DNA from: Takakia lepidozioides
Taxonomy: Eukaryota; Plantae; Bryophyta
Length of the DNA: 64,000 nt
Reading direction: 5' to 3'
Assembly: GCA_030704615.1 (NCBI GenBank)
Contig: CM060734.1
Coordinates: 6,076,001-6,140,000, forward strand
In this document: positions 11,300-24,146 of the stretch, piece by piece
Position numbering within the stretch: position 1 is the stretch's first letter
How the letters are laid out: each line of letters opens with the position of its first letter
Made by a program: the position numbers and the translations under genes
Notes under the pieces: generated by a model
The model's input: the letters and a program-made list of their open reading frames with translations, nothing else
Databases searched by the model: none
What the model was told of the DNA's origin: nothing

Positions 11300-12930
11300 C
11301 TAGCGTTATGGCGGCGAGAGAGGCCTCTAGAAGAAGACGAGCTTTCCTGAGCTTCACGTAGAGATAAACCTCTCGACGTGCCAAATGAGGTTCGCTACCT
11401 CACTTGGCACATGGAACCAAATGAAGTCCTAATGCCCACAAAATACAAATATAAATGTATAAAGTCCCAATTAGTTAGAAATAACTATTTCTAACTAATC
11501 ATGACTAAAACCATGATACCACCTTGCAAGAATTGTCGGTATCTTGTCTGTTGTTGAAGTGCTCGTGTCAAGTTATCAGCTGTCGCAACATACAATTCTT
11601 GTCCACATTTTTCAGATTGCTGCAACCATGCATTGTGCACAGTCTCTGCAAAATTGCAAGATAACATGTTTGTCATATCCTCAAAGGACATATGCTACAA
11701 CAAGCAAACATAAAACATCATCACTTGCCAAAACTTACCCAACAAGAACAACCGCAATGATACAAGGATAATGTGAAACCACATACAATGTCTTGAACAG
11801 AATATGCATCATAAGAGTATAACGTACTGTTGTCATGTATGCTTCCCATCGTCTATAGCGAAAGTACAAAATGCAAACCAATCATCCAACGCTCTCATAC
11901 AAGCCTCGATGACAATCACCAAGCTCGGATTGTTTGTTACGTGGTATCCGTCTCTCCCATAGTTGTTGCATTCTTATACTTTTTGCATAGCTTTTGATGT
12001 TTGTTTGGAAGCTCAGGCTTTATACATGTATGTTTTTCGAGAGACTGTGTCCAACGAAAAAGACATGTATGCTCTTTTCCAAACATATCCCAATAGCCAA
12101 AAACACGACGAACAACATTAGAATTTACTTAGGCACTGTCGGCCATAAAAGCTGCGAAGTTTCGAGAGGAAACACCATGACATCTCATAACAACAATCAA
12201 CAAATTCCACAGTAGCACGAATCAGTCTTCTCAGATTGCATGTCACAGACCGCAATAGTCATGACTTGTTGGTAGACAGGGTCGTATACATGGCAAGCCA
12301 TTTTGTCCAGTTCTTCACACATTTGCAGTGGGCAAACATCAACCAACAATTCTCTAGATCACCACCCGCATGCATACGCTTTGCAAGGTTGACCGGCTAC
12401 CCTCCCCAACTGTCGACATTTTGAAAAGGTAAATCTTGTTCGATCCTTGATCAAGAAACACATTGTCCTAGATGTAGTCATACAGGCTTCTACGTTCCAG
12501 CTCCAAAATGTTGTCCATATAGCCTCTGTTTGCATAACCCACTCCCAAAGCATTGACTTGATTCGAAATGTTCGGGGAACTCAATGACAAAAAATGATCC
12601 ATAACAACGTCCAGTGCTGGCCCCTCAAATTTTCGGCCCACTACTTGCTGCAAGCGCAATTGAAGATGTCGTCGCGAGGTGATTGCTCTCATACTCATAT
12701 TTTATCAATCCAATATTGTCTCTGTAATCGCCCTTTGAGACATGATGGTTATGAAACCCAAAACGAATACATGCTCTTGTCATTGTTTTACAATGATGGG
12801 TAACATAGTACATTCTAGCATTACACATTGCAACACACTTGAGACTGAACAATTTTACAGAACTTGCAGAGAAAAGTGTTGTTGAAAGGAAGAGCTTTCC
12901 CAGGCTTGAAAGGATTTTCGGTGGCAAAGA
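11300..12930 (-). pseudogene. Second MULE/GCM-like transposase relic, paralog of 6514..7823 and extending further C-terminally
   Basis: CKFCK..CVAMCNARMYYV..TRACIRFGFHNHHVSKG aligns with CAHCK..CMSMCRAKQYYV..TRACIHVGVHCHPLARG. Downstream fragments include LSSPNISN and CNFAETVHNAWLQQS. Many stops and frameshifts. Confidence 0.65.
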
Positions 12931-14207
12931 GCTATGGTGGATACCCGTCAGTCATTCCTCTTACTGCCCTTGGTCTAGTGCCCTCAAAATCCAAGAACGC
13001 CCTCCCCTTGAGGCCTTCCCCTACTATACACAAGACCCCATTGTCTGGGTTCGATGTGCATCTGTTCACTCTCAAGATGATTCAGCCACTTGCTCGAGCC
13101 GGACGGTAGCATCTAGTTGTCTCTCCTGTAATTACCAAAAATCAAAATCCAATGCAATTTGCCAAAATTCATTGCAAATCAATCACTATACAACAAGTCT
13201 GATAGATATGTTGTTGAGGGAAACAAAAATCACCTCATCCATCTAAAAAGCTCTGGCTCTCGAGTGAATCAAAACCCTAATCTAATAAGAGCTAACATCC
13301 ATCCGCACACTTTGCATTCCGTTCATTCGTTCATCCACATCCACGACTTTCATCCGTTCTGCACGGCGTGGGATATGGTTGCAAGCCGGATGTCCACTGA
13401 TGTGGATGATGCTTCGGTTTCTCGTCCAGGGTGGCTGTGATGGATGAACACGCCTGGTCACGTGAGCACCGCAGCGAACACCCATACCGGCATGTGCTAC
13501 TTACATCCCAGGTACATTGGCCGTACATGTACGTACTATTTACCCCCCCTCTCTGTCTCCAGGCTCCATGCCCTCCTGCAGCCTGTCGTCCTCCTTACTC
13601 ACTGACTGCAGCACCCACCATGTCTGGCTTGCCAGGCAGGGAGGCCTGGCGCACGACAGAAAGAAGCAAGCTGTCCAACATGACGACTTCGTGCAGGGAT
13701 GTTGAGGGTCTCGCAGAAAGTTGGGCTGTCTCCCAATCAAGCTTTTTTATGTTTGAGATGGTCAGCTTAACGTACCTGGAAGAGCCTTCATGGGTGTCAG
13801 TGTAAAGATGGAAGGACAATTTGTGCATATGTTGAGGCACTTACTGTTATGGGAAAACAGATTCAGGAAATTGCTTGAAAGCCATGAAAGGAGGACCTAT
13901 CATACACAAACAAGCAATGCAGTGAGTTGCTATACAATTCGCATTGAATAATGCTAGATAAACTTGAAAGGACATTTGCAACAAAACAGTTAAATACTAC
14001 TGTCCAGCCATGGATAAAGCATTGCAGACCAAGATTGTCAGGCCACCACATTTCGTAAAGCACCTGTCGAAAAATCTCTTTGTAGTTTCAGGGCGCTTAT
14101 TCCCGTGAATGGCACCCGCGGGCCCTGCCAAGGCGCCTTACATTGTGTAAGCGCCCTGTACAGCGTGGCGGGGGTGCTTACACAGTGCAACCGCCCTAGG
14201 GCGCTTA

Positions 14208-14547
14208 GGGTAGACAGGCCTATGACCGTTCATTTAGCGATGGCGGAAGATCTAACGGTGAATTTTTCTCAATTTTACTCCGGATAAAATTGATAAGATG
14301 CCCCACATCCAGGGCATCCCAACATACTTGGAAGTGCGTGATTTCATGAAGTCCACACAAGGTTGTGGGGTTTCAAAGTTGAACCAATCAGAAAGCTTGT
14401 GTGAACCTTGGGCCCTATGACCAATCACATTTTTTGGGGGGTTATATCAAACAACTGTTTGCCAAGTGGCAAAACTGGGCAGTCTTGGGCCCAGCGTTAT
14501 GAGGTGACCGGTCATAGGTGCTATTACGGTCATAGGATGTTTTACCC
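14208..14547. mobile_element. MITE, 340 bp, TA target-site duplication
   Basis: TIRs GGGTAGACAGGCCTATGACCGT and ACGGTCATAGGATGTTTTACCC, with TA on both sides. Excision restores the local GGGCGCTTACAC motif. Confidence 0.7.
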
Positions 14548-16298
14548 TACACAAACCAAGCTATAGAAAAACGACACGTGCTATTTTCTCCCTGTGCAGC
14601 TTCACGCACGGTAAGGCCCTTGCACAAGGGCGTTCCACGATTTAATAAGGGTTGGCTGCCGAGGGCGTTACACTAAATAATAAGAGTGCAATGCATTGCA
14701 GTAAATTATTAAATAAATCAGGCTAGTACTTGCGCCAGCATTGGAGGAAAAGCTGAAAGGACCACCACTGTCTCATACCCACTTCCTCTGGTGGGCAAAC
14801 TGCCCTTGTCCATTCCTCAACTAGTCAAGCAAGAGAGGGGTCTAAGGTTGCAATCAGTGCTGGCAACATGGAGTTGCTTGCAACTGAAATGATCTGCAAA
14901 TATTGGTGGTTGCTTCTTTCCTCGTACTGTCAACATTGCCAAATATGGCCAGGGAAAGCCGCGACCTTCCAGAGAGCACAGCCCCTGACTAGGCTTTGGA
15001 ACAGCAGACCCTGCACCTTCAACCTATTCAAGTCTCCCTGCCCACGGAAATAGAGCCACGTCTTCCATTGCTCTGTTGCAATCAGAATCTACATGTCATT
15101 TTCCATTGCATCTTATGAATCTTTAGCACAAGACCAGTGCTACATGAAGACATATTTGACTGTGGCCATTTGTTTTGCTCCGTAGGTTAACTCATAAGCT
15201 GTTCTCTGTCAGTGTATCAAGCTCAATTGCATGCACAAAGAGAGGCTTGCCAATAGCTGCAGGAGGTCCAGTGGTCAGTTCTGGAGTGATGCTCAAAACC
15301 GATGTCTCACCATTAAAGACTCAAGAATTTCCATGATACATGATTCACCACTTCATAGCACACAGAGATCTTGCACTAAAATTTGGCACGGTTAGATTAT
15401 CTGATGCAGCATGTGTAACCTCCAACAGGAAGCAGAAAAGCCATAGCAACAACCATGCTTACCATCCAACATGGTAGTAGTAGGTTTGACCCTTTCCTAA
15501 GGGTACCAAGCACCCCTACAGCAACAAATATTGCATTTGTTTTCTCTCCCCTTACCTTTCTTTCTCATTCCAGTGCTACTCCAATGTAGGAGAAGAATCT
15601 ATGCCCTTGACCTCTACTGCACACAATGCTTGATGCTCTCTGTCTCTCTCTCTCTTGACATCCCTCCTGGTGGATGAGATGGCCAACTTCATCACGTACT
15701 CCTACAAAACTAGTACACGGCTAGTTGGATTTGAGTACTCACCTTCCTTCTACTTACTTGGGGTTCAAGGTCTATAGAGTAAAGAAGTATGCAAAACTGG
15801 AACACTGAGAACGACAAAAAAAAAAAAACTGATGCAGTCAATGCCCTTGCACCATTTGTGGGGATAAAAGCATTGACTCGCATGCAACATTGGACCTGCT
15901 GCGACGTGTAACATGCCACACTTCAGCCTTTGGCCCTACACTCACCAAGCATCTAAACCACCTGTATTGATTTTTACATCACATTCTATATTGACCTTGA
16001 AGGTCTGCCAAAAGCAGCTCATACTCCTGCCAACTGCTTTTAAGGCTCAGCTTGTCAGACTGCACACAGTAGCTTTGCAGATATGGGCAGGGAAAGCATG
16101 CTCTCAGAATCAGGAGAGAAAAATCCCACTATGAGTAATAGCTCAGCAACTGTAAACATCAGACAGCCAGCAAATCATAGAGAATTTGTACAATCAGATA
16201 CCATTAAACTTAGGGATAGATGGGAGAAGGAAGGAAGGTGCAACTGACCTGCAGTAGACAATAAAGAAGGTGACACCAAAGGTCTCGGAACATTGCTG

Positions 16299-16382
16299 TC
16301 AGCGATTCTGCCTGGCCTGTCGTTTGGTGGGGCGGGTCCACTCAGCTGACTGCTTTGGTAGGAAACAGTCTTCATCAGGCTG
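16299..16382 (-). CDS. CRY: Cryptochrome terminal exon 5 with basic NLS-like tail
   Basis: CAGCAG acceptor in phase 0, reading QPDEDCFLPKQSAEWTRPTKRQARQNR*. This resembles moss CRY C-termini as recalled from memory. Confidence 0.7.
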   Translation of the reverse strand, partial: QPDEDCFLPKQSAEWTRPTKRQARQNR

Positions 16383-19300
16383 CTGACTCATCCAAGCACA
16401 AACAACAGAGCCCACATAAGCAAGCAGCAGTGGTCCTGTGAGAGAGGAGAAGCGCCCCCTAGAGAAGAAGAAACACACAGGGAGACAGACCACTCTGGCA
16501 ATTTTGACCTCGCCCAGCTCCAGCTTGACTCTATATATCAATGTGAGAGCCTAACTCACATTGGACAGGTAACTAAAGATAAAATGAGATAGCCACATCC
16601 AAGGTAAAGAAAAGCTTTTAAAGATGAAGACAAAGGCACTCTGATAAACCATCAGGGAAAGTCACACGGAAGAAGAACAACAACAAGAGGAAGGAAACCA
16701 GGAAGGATGCCGTCTCATAACTAAAAGTAAAGGACAAATCAAACCTACACTATATAACAGTGACCAGCTGTTATAACTTCCCACTCACTTCACAGTTCCT
16801 GACAGAGGGTGCAGACATACAGAGTCTCTGTGTCAACATGGAAAGATTAGTATTAAAAAATCGAAGAATACACCAGATGCATCAAGAGAAAGAGAGCGAG
16901 GGACGGAAAGAGAGAGAAGGAGACGACAGAGAGAGGGAGCACGAAGCTAACTAACAAAAGTGGGTTGAGGGAAAAGAACTACCCAAACCAGAAAGCCCAA
17001 ATACACACAAATGCTAACATTCAACACAGTGGTCAATCTCAGCCCAGAGGGTTAAAGGCACTCCAGATATTCTGCATGCACCAGTCCATCGATATAGAAA
17101 CTCAGCAATCATCAAAGATCTGGACACTCTGACCATTCAGGCAACTAAGTCACAAAACCATAAGAATTGCTTCCCTATGGTTGGCACTAAAATGTCCAGC
17201 ATTGCTCTCTTGCGAGAATCACATGATTGTTACACAGTCTCACCTTGTTGGAAGTCACGGCCTCCATATTCACCCTTTGGACAGAGTGGAGGTGTCTTCT
17301 TGATAAACCTCCACGACACACCTCAGGAACAACTTGTGCGGGTGTGCATGGTTGCGAACCACCTGAGACACCTTGCAACCAGACTGGGACAGCCACGCTG
17401 CCACTCTTGGCATACTGTTCTCCCACTCCCGATGCAGATTCAGCTGTTGAGTCTAAATCAGTACCTGGCACAACATGCCAACCCACGTGAGACTGCTGTT
17501 CTAGCCCCTGGGTGCAGTATTCAAGTACACTTGCAGGGTGGACCCCAGATATGCCACCTGAAGATGGAGGAGTAGGTAGGGAGACTGGGGAGATTGTGGC
17601 TTCCTCAGCATCGTGTACAACAGAGGGACTCTGATGGAGGATGGCTGCAGCAGCCTGCAGCTGAGATTCTGTAGGCATGCTTGGCACTAGCTGGTCTCGA
17701 AGAAAACTTCCTGATGGTATCTTCTGCCTGACAATGACCTTATGTACATCTATCCTTCCATGAAAAGGCCCCCCTGTGCCTGACACTTCAATGGTGTCCA
17801 CCAATGCCTCCTCCCCACTGGCCAAGACAGCTTTTAAAGCTGCCTCTCTTTCCCACATCTCTACAAGTGCTGCTTGCAGCCGCTCTTTGGCCGCCTCTAA
17901 GTCCACCATAGGCTTGGGATAATTTCCTCCTAGCTCAATCCCTGCAGCCCGAAGCACAATGGGAGGAGCATCCCATGGGTGATGAATCCACTCAGTAGGT
18001 AATCTCGACAGCTCTGGCAACCACCGCCGCACATACTCTCCCTCTGGATCATACTTATTTCCTTCTATCTGCGGGAGACACATATCAACTTACTTATCAA
18101 TTCTCAACATATAGAGAAGTGGCACCTGCATTCCAAAACAAACAAAGCGGCCGATCAAGAAGACTGATACATTAATTTGCTTGGACTGCCATGGAGGATC
18201 CCACTGGAGCCGTGTCCATGGCATACTTCAAAACTTTGCTGCACAATCTCAGCAAATAGATCTGTGATAAAGTCTGAAGGGTCACACTTCGCAGTCCCAT
18301 CCTAGTAACTGGTAGCTGGCTCACTCTTTCGTGAGAGTGACCTTTGTAGAGCATGACCAAAACAACTGGGACTTCACAGTATGGAAACAGATAAGCTCGA
18401 AATTCCAGTCGTAAAGGTGTGGTTCTCTAAGCAAGCTTATCATACCTGAGGAAACCACATTCGATCCAGCTCATGACCATCTGGCAAACTGCCTGAAATA
18501 TATTGCCAACCAAGGACATCGCATTCCAGATCAGCGTCGAGAAGAGTATCCCAGAAGTACTTCATTCCCCATCTCCAAGGCAGCTGCAGAAACTTCACAA
18601 AGAAACTTGAAACCACCACGCGTATCCGATTGTGCAACCAACCTGTGGCCCAAAGTTCCCGCATTCCCGCATCCACCAACGGATATCCTGTGCGCCCTTG
18701 TCTCCATGCCTTGAAATAGCCCTCATCAATCCGCCAGGGGAAAAATCTCAAGTTTGCAAGAAGTGACCTCTCATGTGTGAAAGGGAAGTTGAAACAGAGA
18801 TATCTAGAATACTCACGAAAACCAATTGCCCTCAGAAACAAGTTGACACTCTCCACATCACCATCCATGCCCTCCCCGGCCAAGGTTACTTGCTTCATAC
18901 GAAGCTGGTGGAACAGTTTCCGCACGCTCACCTCCCCAAAATGCAGATGGGGAGACAGATATGACGTCGATGCACTATCTGCTTTTCCCCGGTCAGTTGC
19001 ATACTCTAGCAAGGGACCCTGGAAAAACGCCTCCAGAGACTTCGCCCCATTTCTCCACCCAGGAGACCATGCACGTGCTAGAAGAGCATTACTGTCTCTC
19101 TCTGAGGCATCTTCAAGGCCTAGTTCGTCAGCTGAACAGCTCCAATGTTTGCCTGGCACATGACAATTGAGATCAGATGCCCACCTCCTTGAAAAGTAGC
19201 AGTCCCGTGCTGAAAAAGAGTTCGACAAATAAGCAACTTATCAGAGGAATAAACAAACATTAGGATGAATAGGAGATCAGAGAGGGCTTAACCCACCCCC

Positions 19301-20427
19301 TCCCCACAATGATGTTATAATGTTCGAGCACATGCATGCCGCAACATCGTACATGAACAGCCCAAGAGATGAGAAAGAGGCCACAGTTACATGTTCAGAA
19401 CTAGACTATTTCTAAATGTGTGTAATGGACTCCGAATGACTCAAACCGATGCTTCCAGCTGGAGACTCTCAGAGAGAAGTAACATCCGCTGTGTGCGACC
19501 AGAAAGACTATTTCGAAAAGCCCAGCTGCAGTATTTGACTCCCACCTGCTCAATCTTACACATGCCGTAGAACAAGAGTCTCACCGAGGTGGTGGGATCT
19601 ACAACCTTACCTTTGGGTCCTGTCAAGCGCTTGGGGGGTAAAAGTGGCGCTTCGGGCTCAAAAGGCATGTTGAGACACTTCTCCCAGTAAGCATCGTAAG
19701 TGGTAAACGCCTCTCCGTTGTCATTATACACCTCCCACGGCTCGTACAGCAGATCTCCATTGAAAGTTTCGACGACAATCCCATGCGCCAACAACCCTTG
19801 TTTCACTCGATGATCCCTAACAAGTGACACCGGGTCTGTCCCACCAAGCACATGATCCTTTCCTTGCTTAGCTCATTCAGAAGCTTGCATGACCATACCA
19901 CGCATGCAACAAACTAACACAGAAGAAGCTAAAGATTCTCTAACGTGCAACACGCTTAAGCCTTTACAGGCAGAACACTCCTAGCCTGAGTGCGATGTTT
20001 GGATTGTCTTGAACCCACGACTGACAACCAACACCTCAGTGTGTGTGATTAGCTAACCCTCACATGACGATGGAGATGAAAGTCATTACGAGATATAGCT
20101 AAAGCCTGAAGGCTCACCGTAGAGATGATTGTAAAACACCTGAGTAGCTCCGGTTGATCCAACAATATCTAATAGAACGCTCAATGTTCTATGTGCTTTC
20201 CTCATTATTAGAGGGGAGCCGAGATTCCTCAACGACGTATCTAAATGGCTCAAACTTTGCTTTAACCACCATCTTGAGACACGACCTGGACGGAATTGCC
20301 CCTCCTCAGCCGGAGACCAAATAAAGACAGGAATCACAGGCCCTGCTCTTGCAGCGGCAGCAAGTGCCGGATTGTCCTCCACCCGAAGATCCCTTCTGAA
20401 CCACACTATGGTACATGATGCCGCCAT
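16299..20427 (-). CDS. CRY: Plant cryptochrome blue-light receptor, 5 exons, about 716 aa
   Basis: Exons are 20427-20118, 19835-19611, 19152-18446, 18068-17244 and 16382-16299, all GT-AG and frame-consistent (2151 nt). PHR motifs WFRRDLRVEDNPAL, TGYPLVDAGMRELW and LLDADLECDVLGWQ; C-terminal DQLVP, STAES and AVPVW motifs. Confidence 0.95.
17244..18068 (-). CDS. CRY: Cryptochrome exon 4 (end of PHR and CCE/DAS domain)
   Basis: CAG acceptor, IEGNKYDPEGEYVRRW to AVTSNK, GTGAG donor. Confidence 0.88.
18446..19152 (-). CDS. CRY: Cryptochrome exon 3 (FAD-binding region)
   Basis: CAG acceptor, GKHWSCS to RMWFPQ, GTATG donor. The Trp-triad positions are present. Confidence 0.92.
19611..19835 (-). 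CDS. CRY: Cryptochrome exon 2
   Basis: CAG acceptor, DPVSLVRDH to LTGPK, GTAAG donor. Confidence 0.92.
20118..20427 (-). CDS. CRY: Cryptochrome exon 1
   Basis: Runs MAASCTIVWFRRDLR to NHLY, followed by a GTGAG donor. Confidence 0.92.
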
Positions 20428-21363
20428 TCTAAACTCTCTCCACACTTTCTTCCTACTTTCTGCAACGCCGCGAAAGCTTTCACTTCTCAACGAATAGCAT
20501 TAGTGCACGTGACGCACTGTCATGTAACAATTTTACGAAAACACGAGCCTCTCAATGTCCAAGAAAATAGCAATAATGCATACAATTGCCGAAACCCTTT
20601 CGTCACAAAGGAGTCTTCAACGCATGCCTTGGAAGTCACAATTTCCATCCTACTGTCTTGCAGGCGAACAACCGGAATCTCTTGCACAAAGGTACTCCCA
20701 CCGCCTCTTGGAGACTGCAGACTCGAGGAGCAGTGACCATACTCCAGCGCATATGAACATACAATGTTTACCGAAGAGGTGCAAACAGTTTCGCTTTTCA
20801 CACTCTTCTACCCTCCAATAGAGTATACCCCATTTTCAGCTGAAACAACAAGCTGAGATAGATTTATGTCATGTCATTCGCCTTCCTTTCCACATCCCAA
20901 CACTTGGATAAGGCAGCCTGTTCTGCAGCAAGTAAGTCAAGCCAAGTTCCATCTTCCCTCCTGCAGCTATCCATCTGTAAGGCAGTTTGACGCAGGCCAA
21001 TCTCAAGATCGCCTGCTGGCCAGGTCACTGGCTTATAAGCTCTTTGCAGAGGCACTGCAAGAAAACGCACTCAAGCACGGAAGAATCATTCACAATGGTC
21101 ACCGTGAGATGGTTGGAAGATAACACACTGCAGAGAAGTGATGTGCTCTAGCAAGGGCATACATAACACAGCTTGCTCCAAATCCACTCAAGAGAAGACA
21201 AATCACAGCGCCCCGAAGTCCAGAGAACTGTTCCTTGTGCCTCTCTTCCTCCTTCTCACTTGTGTATACGCACGCAGGGAGAAGCGGTCGGACAGAAGAA
21301 ACATGAGCGAGGTGCGAGAAGAGCATCACCCTGACCCGACTGCGGTTAGACCTGACTTGTATA

Positions 21364-21477
21364 GTGGCCCGTTTGCACCTGCGTAAAAACCGTCCATTTT
21401 GCACCACCCACACGTGCCAAGTTAGTGAAAGAGTGCAAAGGGTGCATGAGCAATTGCTGGTGGCCCGTTTGCACCTA
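21364..21477. promoter_or_regulatory. Candidate CRY upstream elements: 17-bp direct repeat flanking a G-box
   Basis: GTGGCCCGTTTGCACCT occurs at ~21364 and ~21460, with CACGTG at ~21411. Confidence 0.35.
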
Positions 21478-21809
21478 GTTCAACTAATGACATCACCCGA
21501 CCATTCACAGGTTGTCCCCCTGAGTCTGGCCCACCTACCGTGACATATTCCTTCGCCTGTTTCCAGTAATATCAAGGGAAATGACTATGTTTACATCCAT
21601 TTCTGGAGGGCAGCACACATGCATGGCCCGCATGCATGATGTGCATTGCATGCATAATATGTTACCACATGCATGTGATGACAATGTGTGTAGAGATGGT
21701 CCATACTATGACAATGGTCCATCTCCTGTTATGGCATCTTTTCTCGTGATACTATACCAGGCTTGCTATGATACACTTTATGCCAATGTTTCATTCATGA
21801 CCCGATATT

Positions 21810-22340
21810 GACCTAAAAATATTTGGGGGGCTTAATTTCAAGTACTTAAATAGTATATATATGATTGAAATTAAAATATTTTGAAATTCCAAAATGACCT
21901 AAAAATATTTGGGAGGCTTAATTTTCTTTTAAAAAAGAATCATTACTGGAAAGATTGTTAGTCCTTAAAGGACATCTCTTATTGTCATATCACAATACCA
22001 CGGGGCTTTCAAGAATAGTATAGTATATAATTTAAATTTAAATATTTTTGAAATACCAAAATAACCTCAAAATATTTGGGGAAGCGTAATTTTGTTTTTA
22101 ATATTTACTGGAAAAATTGTTAGTCCTTAAAGGACATCTCTTATTGTCATTTCACATTTACCATGGGCCTTTCAAAAATAGTATAGTATATAGTTGAGAT
22201 TAAAATGTTTTCCAGGCCGGGTTGTTCTCTTCTGCGTACGTAGTAACTAACGTCTGCATTTCCCCTTTCTTCGTAGAGCCAGGAGAGTGGGGGAGAAGAA
22301 ATACCAAAATGACTTTAATATATTTGGGAGGCTTAATAAA
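21810..22340. repeat. AT-rich ~175-bp repeats, with further copies at 26540-26730 and an inverted trace at ~25437-25470
   Basis: Repeated ACCTAAAAATATTTGGGAGGCTTAATT and TTGTTAGTCCTTAAAGGACATCTCTTATTGTCAT. Confidence 0.75.
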
Positions 22341-22589
22341 TTGTCTCTCATTTTAGATTAATTGGGTATTGAAGGCTCAAGTGTGAGCCAGGCAGCGGGC
22401 CCCATGCATGGACGCGGGGTCGCCCCGCCCCCTACCGGCAAGCCGCGCAACACGGGGCCCTCTCCAAGGCACTCCATTTGACCTGGCCCGTCTCCAAGAC
22501 ACCATGAATTTTCGAACTTCTAGTTCACAGAGGCAGGACTAGTGGATGGAGGGTGTACCTGAGGAGACAAATGGCCTAAAAAAGAGTCC

Positions 22590-23811
22590 GGGTCCGTGAG
22601 AAACAAGACATGAATTAGAGACGACATGAATGAGATTTCACAAAGCACAAAAGAAAGATTAAGACTCACATGCAGTCAGATAATTGACATCATTTGGCCT
22701 GGATAATCTCCCTTCGTCAAGTACAAGATGGTCACACTATTCTAGGTCTTGATAATGATCCTCATCCTTGAAGCTTTCAAATAGATTGTCATCTCCCGAC
22801 GACATCGCACATTTATGGACTGAATGAGGAGAATTAGAACCCCTGCATCCGACAGAAAGAATTTGCAGAAAGAGAATACCCAACGCCAATACCGGTCGTC
22901 AAAACATTCCACGTTGGACATGCATATGTGGGAACGATGTCTGGAACTCGTAGCCCGTCCGGAATATTGTCGAGGATAACCATCTCCGCAGCAAATGGTT
23001 TCTGCCCATGACTGCCTGGCCGATGCCTGCACGGAAGCAGCAATGAAGTTTGTAAGAAGGGAAAACGTCCCAAAGCGACATGCCCCAGCAGAATTAATAG
23101 ACATTCGATGCAGAACAATAGCATACCGATCCGAGAAAAGCACAGAGCTTGTCCCACGTTGGCGAAGGAATCGAACTTTAGTGTAAGTTGATTTTTGGGA
23201 CTCCATCATGGCAAGGAATCCGTCAATCAAAAGTTCAAACTTGCAGGGGAGATTGACTCGGGATGGGTGCTCAACAGCGTCATATGGTCCCCTTAGCACC
23301 TTTTTCTTTGGATTCGGGGATGGGGGATGCACTCGGTCACCTCCTGCCAGATCGGGAGAAGCCCCGCTCTCCTTCTCCTTCGCCTTCGCCTTCTCCTTTG
23401 CCTTGCCTTTCCTTTTGTCATTTCCCGCCTTCAGAGGAGTATTTTGGGCTGGGGCCTCTTTCTCAGCCAGAATCCACATGTTTCTATCATGGATCTCAAG
23501 GTCGGTCAGTGGAGCTATAGCAGCCGCATTGTCGTTCAGATTTTTGGTGACCAACTCCACCCAGGGGAAATCCAAGCGTGAAATGTCAAGATATCACCCA
23601 CGGGCAGCAAGGTGAGCATGCCCTAAACTGCAAGAATGCCGGCAGTAAATATTGTTTGGTTGGAAGCTAAATCTGACCACATGTACAAGTCGCTGAAGTC
23701 AGGGTGCTGACTAAGGAACTTCCCGGGGATGAGCGCATTCTTGATGTACCTACAGAGAGGATGGAAACCAGGATCAGTGTAGAGGAACGTGACTAGTAGC
23801 AGACAAAGCAA
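22590..23811 (-). pseudogene. TE-associated pseudogene with a C-terminal amino (N6A/N4C) DNA methyltransferase-like region
   Basis: Joining frames gives EMVILDNIPDG..PTWN..FDDRYWRWVFSFCKFFLSDAGVLILLI..KT*NSV..SLIHVLFL, in the order of beta-class motifs IV-VIII. A Lys-rich linker lies upstream. Confidence 0.4.
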
Positions 23812-23828
23812 GGTACAAGCTGGATTTC

Positions 23829-24146
23829 TGGCCCTCCAAAACTGAGTGCGTCAACGTACTCAGATTTGGAGGTGTCCATCCCACAGATCTGGAAAACCAG
23901 AAGACAACCCCGTTCTCCACTTCCTTATTGATTCTCATAGGAAAGTGGGAGAGGGTTTGTGGCCCTCCAAAACTGAGTGCGTCAACACACTCAGATCTGG
24001 AGGGGTCCATCCCCCATACTATGAAAAGTACAAGACAGCCCCATCCTCCACTTCCTTTCTCAATTTCGTGGAAAATGGGAGAGGGTTTTGGCCCTCCAGA
24101 TCTAAATGCGTCAACGCACTCAAATCTGGAGGGGTCCATCCCCCAT
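23829..24146. repeat. Three ~130-bp tandem units with internal hairpin
   Basis: TGGCCCTCCA..TGAGTGCGTCAACACACTCAGATCTGGAGGGGTCCATCCC occurs three times. Confidence 0.8.

Noticed and set aside
13595-13840. Possible host exon (EGSSRYVKLTISNIKKLDWE..)
   Set aside because: I could not assign a family or link it into a consistent gene model.
20428-20490. N-terminal extension MRSESF.. of CRY
   Set aside because: It begins at a non-ATG codon. Homologs start at the MAASCTIVW position (ATG at 20427).
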